From assembly GCF_009914755.1 (NCBI RefSeq), contig NC_060934.1: 64,000 nt of DNA, one strand, 5' to 3'. Source of the DNA: the human T2T-CHM13v2.0 reference genome, Homo sapiens. A program made the translations under genes and the position numbers. The notes beneath the pieces are model-generated. The model saw nothing but the letters and a program-made list of their open reading frames with translations. It was not told the DNA's origin and searched no databases. Below, piece by piece: positions 57,484-64,000 of the stretch. How positions within the stretch are numbered: the first letter of the stretch is position 1; each line of letters begins with the position of its first letter.

Positions 57484-57689
57484 TGTTTATTATTGACCCA
57501 GTACTATTTATTGAAAACAAAATTTCTTTCTGTACTGATTGGAGTACATCCATAAAATAATTGCTAATAACACTATCTGAAATAAGTCCCTGCAACTTAG
57601 TGTTGTTCTCTGTCAGATAGTCTGTCTTCAATGCTGTAATAAATCCTCTGAGTCACTATCACAGATGTGAATTATTTTATTAGTCTGTC

Positions 57690-57835
57690 TCTTAATTTGT
57701 TTTTTGTTGTCTTGCTCTTATAGAATGTGTGCTCCATTAGGGAAGGACAATAATACAGTCTTATGCAAAAATCTATATCAACCATTTAGCAGAGTGCCTG
57801 AAAGATAAAAAGGACTTCTTATGTATTTATTGTCA
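57690..57835 (+). mobile_element. L2 3' terminal fragment
   Basis: TAGAATGTGTGCTCCATTAGGGAAGGAC...TTAGCAGAGTGCCTG. Confidence 0.6.
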
Positions 57836-58694
57836 TAATGCATTAGTAGGAAATTATTAAAACGTATAATAAATTATAATCAACTATGTTCAAAAAATGA
57901 AAAGTAATTTCAATAAATTTTTGGTAAATCCAGCCTGTCTAGGTAATAAAAATGTAATACTTGAAAGATATGCAATGATATGAAAAAATCTATAATTTAG
58001 TGAATGAAAAAGTTATAAAACTACATGTATAAAAATACAATAAGCTCTCATTTTTATTAAAGAACAATATAACCCAGAGAGCTATGTATTGAAATAATGT
58101 TATTTGTGTCTAGAAGTTAGAATAATAAATTATTCTATTTAAGTTTTCTTGATGCTCTCCAATTCTGACTGCTCAAAAGAAATACATATCACTATTAAAT
58201 TTATATTTTTAATAAAAATGGAAGTTAAATTTTGATCTGGCAGAAATATCTCTGCCAAATTGAAAAAATATATATTTTTAGCCAAAGATACTTACCTGAA
58301 AAGGAGTTTTCAAGTTTTGGTGTTTTTGTTTCTTTGTTTACTTTTTAAAGCAAACTAACAGTCTTCTAGACAAAAAGTAATCATCCGGGAAGGGAATTAT
58401 TTAGTCACTATCATAGTCTCTACCTCTGGACACATACGTGTTTTTATTTTCACTCATTCATTTTATCCAATGACAGTTTTTTTGTGTGATAAAACAACTT
58501 CAACATGCAATAAAGAAGATAATCTCTTCTATCTCATATATTGTATCTACCCACTTTTGTTTCTTCTTATACTTCATGAGGCTGAATGCTCTTAACTTAT
58601 ATAGTTCAGTTTTTTCAATCTCTGCTTGTCTAATCCTTTGCAATGTGTTGAAATATATCAGAAATATAACAGAATTTATCAAATTTCAATAATA

Positions 58695-58825
58695 GAATCA
58701 TAGAATATTATAGCCAGAAGGAATCTTAGGAATTCTGTTAGCCACTACCTCATTTTGTATGTGAGAACACTGAGGACCAATGAACAGAATGCTGGTCAAA
58801 ATCTACCATCCAGTTAATGTTTTAC
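58695..58825 (-). mobile_element. MIR fragment
   Basis: CCTCATTTTGTATGTGAGAACACTGAGGACCA. Confidence 0.55.
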
Positions 58826-59374
58826 TCACAAACACTAGTATCTACTGCAGAAAAAAAATATGAAATCCACACACATTAGAAAAGCTTGTCAAATAGTAAG
58901 ATTTTTTTAAAGATGATTTTGGCAATGTCACCTTTATATGGTGTCCTTGCAATACAGGAAAAGATGCTACCACCATTCAGCAATTGGAGGATAAAGGACC
59001 TCTCTAGGGATGCAGTGGACACTGTGACATTCAGCAATTGATCTAAGCAGTTGATCACAGCACCCCAGGCAGCTAGGTAGCACTTTGGAGTTAATGTGAT
59101 GCTTTCCAAGCCCCTAACTCATTAACTCATGCTCATTGAGCATCTTTCCAGGGTGAAGTTCCATGAGAACCTAAGGCAATGCCAGAAGGTGAATCAGACA
59201 GACAGGCTTCTACTGGCCTGGAGTTTACTCTCTGATTTTGGGGATACGGCAGCCACATACAAGGAAACAAATTTATAAGTAATTAGAAAGAGTGAATTTA
59301 TTTTCCCATCGTGGTTTAAGAAATGACATCTGTTAATACATTTCAAACACAAAGCTCAGAAAATCAACTTTATT

Positions 59375-59736
<362 letters not shown>

Positions 59737-59989
59737 TTAATTTTCAATATCCTCTATCATTCAAGACACTTTTCCATCTCCAGCTGATGCATAGGGGCAG
59801 GGAATGATCAGAGAAGTGAAATTGGTGAAGACTAAGCAAATCTTCTCTTTCAAAGCTTTTTCCAAGGAGTTTCACCAGAACCATTATTTTATGAGTTAAT
59901 GTGAATATTAATAATTAGACTATGAATAGTTCTCTTTGTTACCTGTATTGTCCAAGGCTGACCCCTTCACCTACCAAATAAAAAGAGGT

Positions 59990-60094
59990 GGAAGAGAAGG
60001 AAGGAGGAGGAGGAAGAGGAGGGGGAGGAGGAGGAAGAGGAGGGGGAGGAGGAGGAAGAGGAGGAGGAGGGGGAGGAGGAGGAAGGAAGAGAAG
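59990..60094. repeat. Pure purine (GGA)-rich tract with mirror symmetry
   Basis: 105 bp of A/G only; internal ~21-bp unit GGAGGAGGAGGAAGAGGAGGG. Confidence 0.95.
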
Positions 60095-60611
60095 CATCTT
60101 TATTTGGAATCTCAAGAAAGTGACTTTAGGTGCCTCAAGGCTACTACTGATTATGTTCTGGAAAATGGAATAAATGAAAATTTCCAAGAAGATACTTACA
60201 AACTCATCAATAATTCAGAGTGTCGTGTCCATTTTTTTGACAAGATTAAAAAGCCTTGTGTTCATTCATAAGGTAAATCTTATATAGCATGGATAAAGTA
60301 ATTTACAATAAGGATGTGTAACTGCATTAAATCCTTGTTCACATAAACTGACAGAAGATCAGCCAAGAGCAGAATACTATGTGCAACTGGTCTTTTGTAT
60401 TTAACAGCTAATAAGACAGCATCTTACAGCAAATGAAATTTCTGGTTTTGTCCTGAGGCTCATATAATAATACAGTTGTTTATACCGATTAGTACACCAA
60501 TGAATGACATCTCTATTTCTAAGCATCCGCTTGATACCTGAAATCTTTGCCTTACCTCATAAACTCTTTACTGTATCAATAGGCATAACCTCATTCAGCT
60601 ATGCTTCTTGC

Positions 60612-60920
60612 TATTATTATTATTATTATTATTAATTTGAGACAGAGTCTCGCTCTGTCGCCCAGGCTGGAGTGCAGTGGCGCGATCTCGGCTCACTGCA
60701 AACTCCGCCTCCCAGGTCCACGCTATTCTCCTGCCTCAGCCTCCTGAGCAGCTGGGACTACAGGCACCCGCCACCGCACCCGGCTAATTTTTTTTGTATT
60801 TTTAGTAGAGACGCGGTTTCACTGTGTTAGCCAAGATGGTCTCGATCTCCTGACCTCGTGATCCGCCCACCTCGGCCTCCCAAGGTGCTGGGATTACAGA
60901 CGTGAGCCACCGCACCCGGC
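60612..60920 (-). mobile_element. Alu, full length (AluY-like) with (TAA)n tail
   Basis: GTGTTAGCCAAGATGGTCTCGATCTCCTGACCTCGTGATCC; TSD TTCTTGCTA(T/G)TATTA. Confidence 0.95.
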
Positions 60921-61869
60921 TTCTTGCTAGTATTATTAATTAGAGAAGCTACCACCAATATTGGGGGTAATAACAAGCAAGTAGTAGACATTCATCACTC
61001 AAAACATACTGTGACAATAAAGCCCTTAGGAAGAATGAAATTATGAAAAGTATAACTTGCCTGTAAAATAATAAGCAATTAAATTTCACTTAAAAGGGTA
61101 GAGCATGCATCTCTGATTCCACGGCAAGATACTGGGACAATATGGGATACATAGCCTATGTTAAAACAAACCACGACCAACAACAAACCTAAGCATAAAT
61201 CCAGGAAAGCAAAGAGGTAGAATAGCAGATGTTCTGAATGCTGAGTGAAAAACTCCACTGAAGATTTGGATTATATCTTTGCATCTAGCCTTTGCCAAAA
61301 GAGCAGCTCCTTCACTGATGGCAGGCAATTAAATACTCCAATCCATTGTCTCCATTAAAATGTGATTAGTGTCTGTTTGAAAGAAATGTATAAGATTGTG
61401 TGACTTGGGAGGAGGGAGAAGAATATAAGTAATCCTATTTTTTATGTCAAACCAAATATGAAGACAACAGCAGAAAACCTGTATGGATAAGCAATGAAAT
61501 TATTTTCACAGTATATGAACATCATCACTTACTGCTAGTCTGTCACAATATTCTTTAAGGAATTTTTGATCTCAGTACTTTAGATTTCAGCCCGTGGATG
61601 ACAGCCTATAAAACATCAACATGAACTAAACATGGAAGGATCACACAACCCTGAATACTACAAGAGGAAGTTGATCAGGTTTAGCTTTATGTATTTACAG
61701 TTAAAATAGAACACATGAGAAAATCTTTTCAGAGACAAAGGAACTAGCTTTATAGGGGCACACACAGAAATATGATAAAATAAATGACTGATTGATGTAA
61801 ACTTTTGCAATTAATTTTCTGGATTAGTATAAATAACATGAAAAACAGCCCTCCAGAATATTATAATTT

Positions 61870-62030
61870 ACTCATCAAATATTTGCATGCAATATACTAG
61901 GGGCTGGGGCGGGGGTGTAAAAAAATGGACAAAGCAAAAATATTCCCACCTTCATGGAACTTACATTCTAGACCGGGGGTTGGGGAGGAGAGCAGATGAT
62001 TCACAGTAAATAGTGGCAAATAAAGATGAG
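61870..62030 (-). mobile_element. L2 fragment
   Basis: CCCACCTTCATGGAACTTACATTCTAG, the antisense of the L2 3' end. Confidence 0.6.
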
Positions 62031-63644
62031 GCCCTATCTTCTGGGGCTCACAAGCAAGTTGGGAGAAAATGACATAAAAATAAATAGCCACAACAATATT
62101 AGAAGAAGCAAAGAAAGCACTGTACATAGGGATAGTAAATCTTTAGTTATTACCCTGTCTTCATTTGATGAGCTGTGGTTTCTATAAAGGCCAGTCCAAA
62201 GCCAAGAATTACGTTGTATTGGTGATGCCATTTATGAATGAGAGCAAGCAGAGAAAATACATGAAAGAGTATGTCAAACCCCTAAGAAGTTAGGGTACTC
62301 TAGAAATTTCCCTAGCCATAATTAAGGGTCAAAAATAATCTGAGGAGACATATGTATATGTAGAAAATACAACATAAACAAAAAATCCTACTGTCTGTGC
62401 TATAGGAAATGGCTCTAAAAATGTTGCCCTACCATAGCAACCTTATCCCATACCTGATCAGTTGTTGCTCTCTTGTGTTCTTCGTTGGAATTAGTCCAAT
62501 AGAAAGAAAAGAGGAGCCTGCAACTAGCACCAACTTCCCTATCCCATACTTTCCCTAATCAGCATGGATTGAGAAAATTTGCCCCACTCCACTTTTTTCC
62601 CAATCACATCACTTGGTCAGTAAATATTTCCTTTGAAGCCCAAAAGTCCGAATCAGTGTTTTCCCTCGAGTTTTAGGGTTTGAAAGCCTGGATTCATATT
62701 GAAATACGTTATGTGGGATTTATTATCCCTTAAGCCATTAATCACATGATCACCATGCATAGTTTCTGTGATGATGTAACTGAGGACAGTGATTCCCTAC
62801 CATATTATGCAACATCCCAGGGACCCTAAGTACTTGACTCAGAGGTCATGCAGGAAGGCCAGCAGAAAGCAAGAGTATCTCCCACTTTTATGTGATTTAT
62901 AAGCCTGGCCTGCATGTAAGACTTTTCTGCTTTGAAATAATTTTAAAAGCCACTGATGTAAGCCTCATAAAAACATTTATGGAGAAAGCACACAAAACAC
63001 TGTCAGTAGCATGGCAGACACTTTATGTTAAAAACTTATTATTTTAAAAAGCCATTTCCTGGCACTCTCTCCCAGCTCAAACTGTCTCTAAAGCACCCTT
63101 AAACAAAAATATATTTAGAGTTCATTGATTTTTACTAAATATTAAACTTCTTAGATTGGATTTGTTTCCTATATCTGACATCTGTTAGACTGAATTTCTC
63201 TGTTTCGTGGCTTCTTTTTTTTTACCCCTAGTGGAAGTAATTTTGTTGTGATGGTCATACACCGGACCTCCTTTAAGACAATACCAGGTATCAAAAATCT
63301 AAAGGTTTGGAGAGAAAAAAGGAAAGATAGTAATAAGTTATGTCCTACCATTCAAGGGTCCTAATCATCTCACTGGAATTTGAGAAATGATTCAGAATCA
63401 CTCATCAATAAAGCACTTCCAAGTAAAATGGAAAATTAAGAAAAAATAATTTTGGCCACAAATGAGCATTTTCCTTCCTACCTTCTCCCAACCCCTGACC
63501 ATTTCTTCTGTGTCAACCTATGATAAATTCCTCTGTTTTCTTGTTTCTCCTTTTTTATACCCTTCCCTTATGTCTTTTGCCTTTCTTCTCCATGCAGCTC
63601 TTGGTCTACTTTTCTTCTTAACAATTAATCATATACATGTATAA

Positions 63645-63894
63645 AAGGCATAGGCATCACAGTCCGCAGAACATGGATTCAAATTGTGCCTCATCATTTC
63701 ACAGTTGTGTGTTCATGAGGACCTCATTTAACTTCTCTGATATTGTATCTGCCTTTCTATTAATAAAATAAAGATATTAATACCTATACTATAGATTGTT
63801 GTGGAAATTAAATGGTCATAATGCTTTTAACTATCTCACTATTATAATATTTGTGCTATAGTAAGTGTTCAATAAATTTACCATTATTGTTACT
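63645..63894 (+). mobile_element. MIR
   Basis: GGATTCAAATT...CATTTAACTTCTCTGA...TAATACCTA...ATTGTTGTGGAAATTAAATG...TAGTAAGTGTTCAATAAAT. Confidence 0.8.
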
Positions 63895-64000
63895 TTCATC
63901 CCTAAGCGTAACTGCTGTTTTCCAAACATTATCCTTTCTTCTCTTCACTGTGCTCTTTGATACTCCCCTGTTTCTTACAACTTTGTATTTTCCCCAGATA

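Noticed and set aside
58238-58257. Small hairpin TGGCAGA-N6-TCTGCCA
   Set aside because: A 7-bp stem is expected by chance in 64 kb.
58288-58298. ATACTTACCTG, identical to the U1 snRNA 5' end
   Set aside because: Only 11 nt match and the following sequence is not U1, so it is not a U1 pseudogene; better read as a minus-strand donor.
58500-58682. 60-aa minus-strand ORF near the strong donor
   Set aside because: No recognisable homology, non-ATG start, and it terminates ~200 nt before the donor.
59936-60271. Arg-rich, Gly-rich and Pro-rich ORFs resembling protamine or formin-like peptides
   Set aside because: Translations of the GGA purine repeat; same for the Lys/Arg/Glu-rich ORFs at 11842-12532.
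62765-62850. GTGATGA...CTGA as a possible C/D-box snoRNA
   Set aside because: The CTGA is only a few nt from the C box, with no properly spaced terminal D box or terminal stem.

Overview
Primate (human-like) AT-rich, CpG-depleted intergenic or deep-intronic DNA. I find no credible protein-coding exon, rRNA, tRNA or other recognisable RNA gene. The ORF track is explained by repeats (L1 ORF1/ORF2 fragments, MaLR internal regions, Alu, ERVL pol/dUTPase, purine tracts) or by chance. Much of the window is interspersed repeats: about 11 Alu copies or fragments; an L1PA5-like 3' fragment with a 13-bp TSD; an L1PA7-like copy with a twin-priming 5' inversion; an old L1PA15/16-like copy with 5' UTR and a large internal deletion; two full-length MST MaLR elements; THE1 LTRs; a MER31/MER4-group ERV1 remnant; an LTR16A/HERV16 (ERVL) remnant; MER6A, MER58, MER5, MIR and L2. 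Family and subfamily names come from my memory of consensus sequences and need RepeatMasker/Dfam confirmation; boundaries of old elements are approximate. The best signals not explained by repeat annotation are a ~93-nt near-perfect hairpin at 57391-57483, a CpG-retaining motif-dense unique segment at ~32.9-33.35 kb that resembles a promoter/first exon or enhancer, an L1/MLT2/THE1 chimeric junction with a 40-bp perfect palindrome, a 4x23-bp minisatellite inside an MST internal region, and an inverted AluY-like pair enclosing a purine mirror repeat. I cannot support a claim of a novel multi-gene system here.
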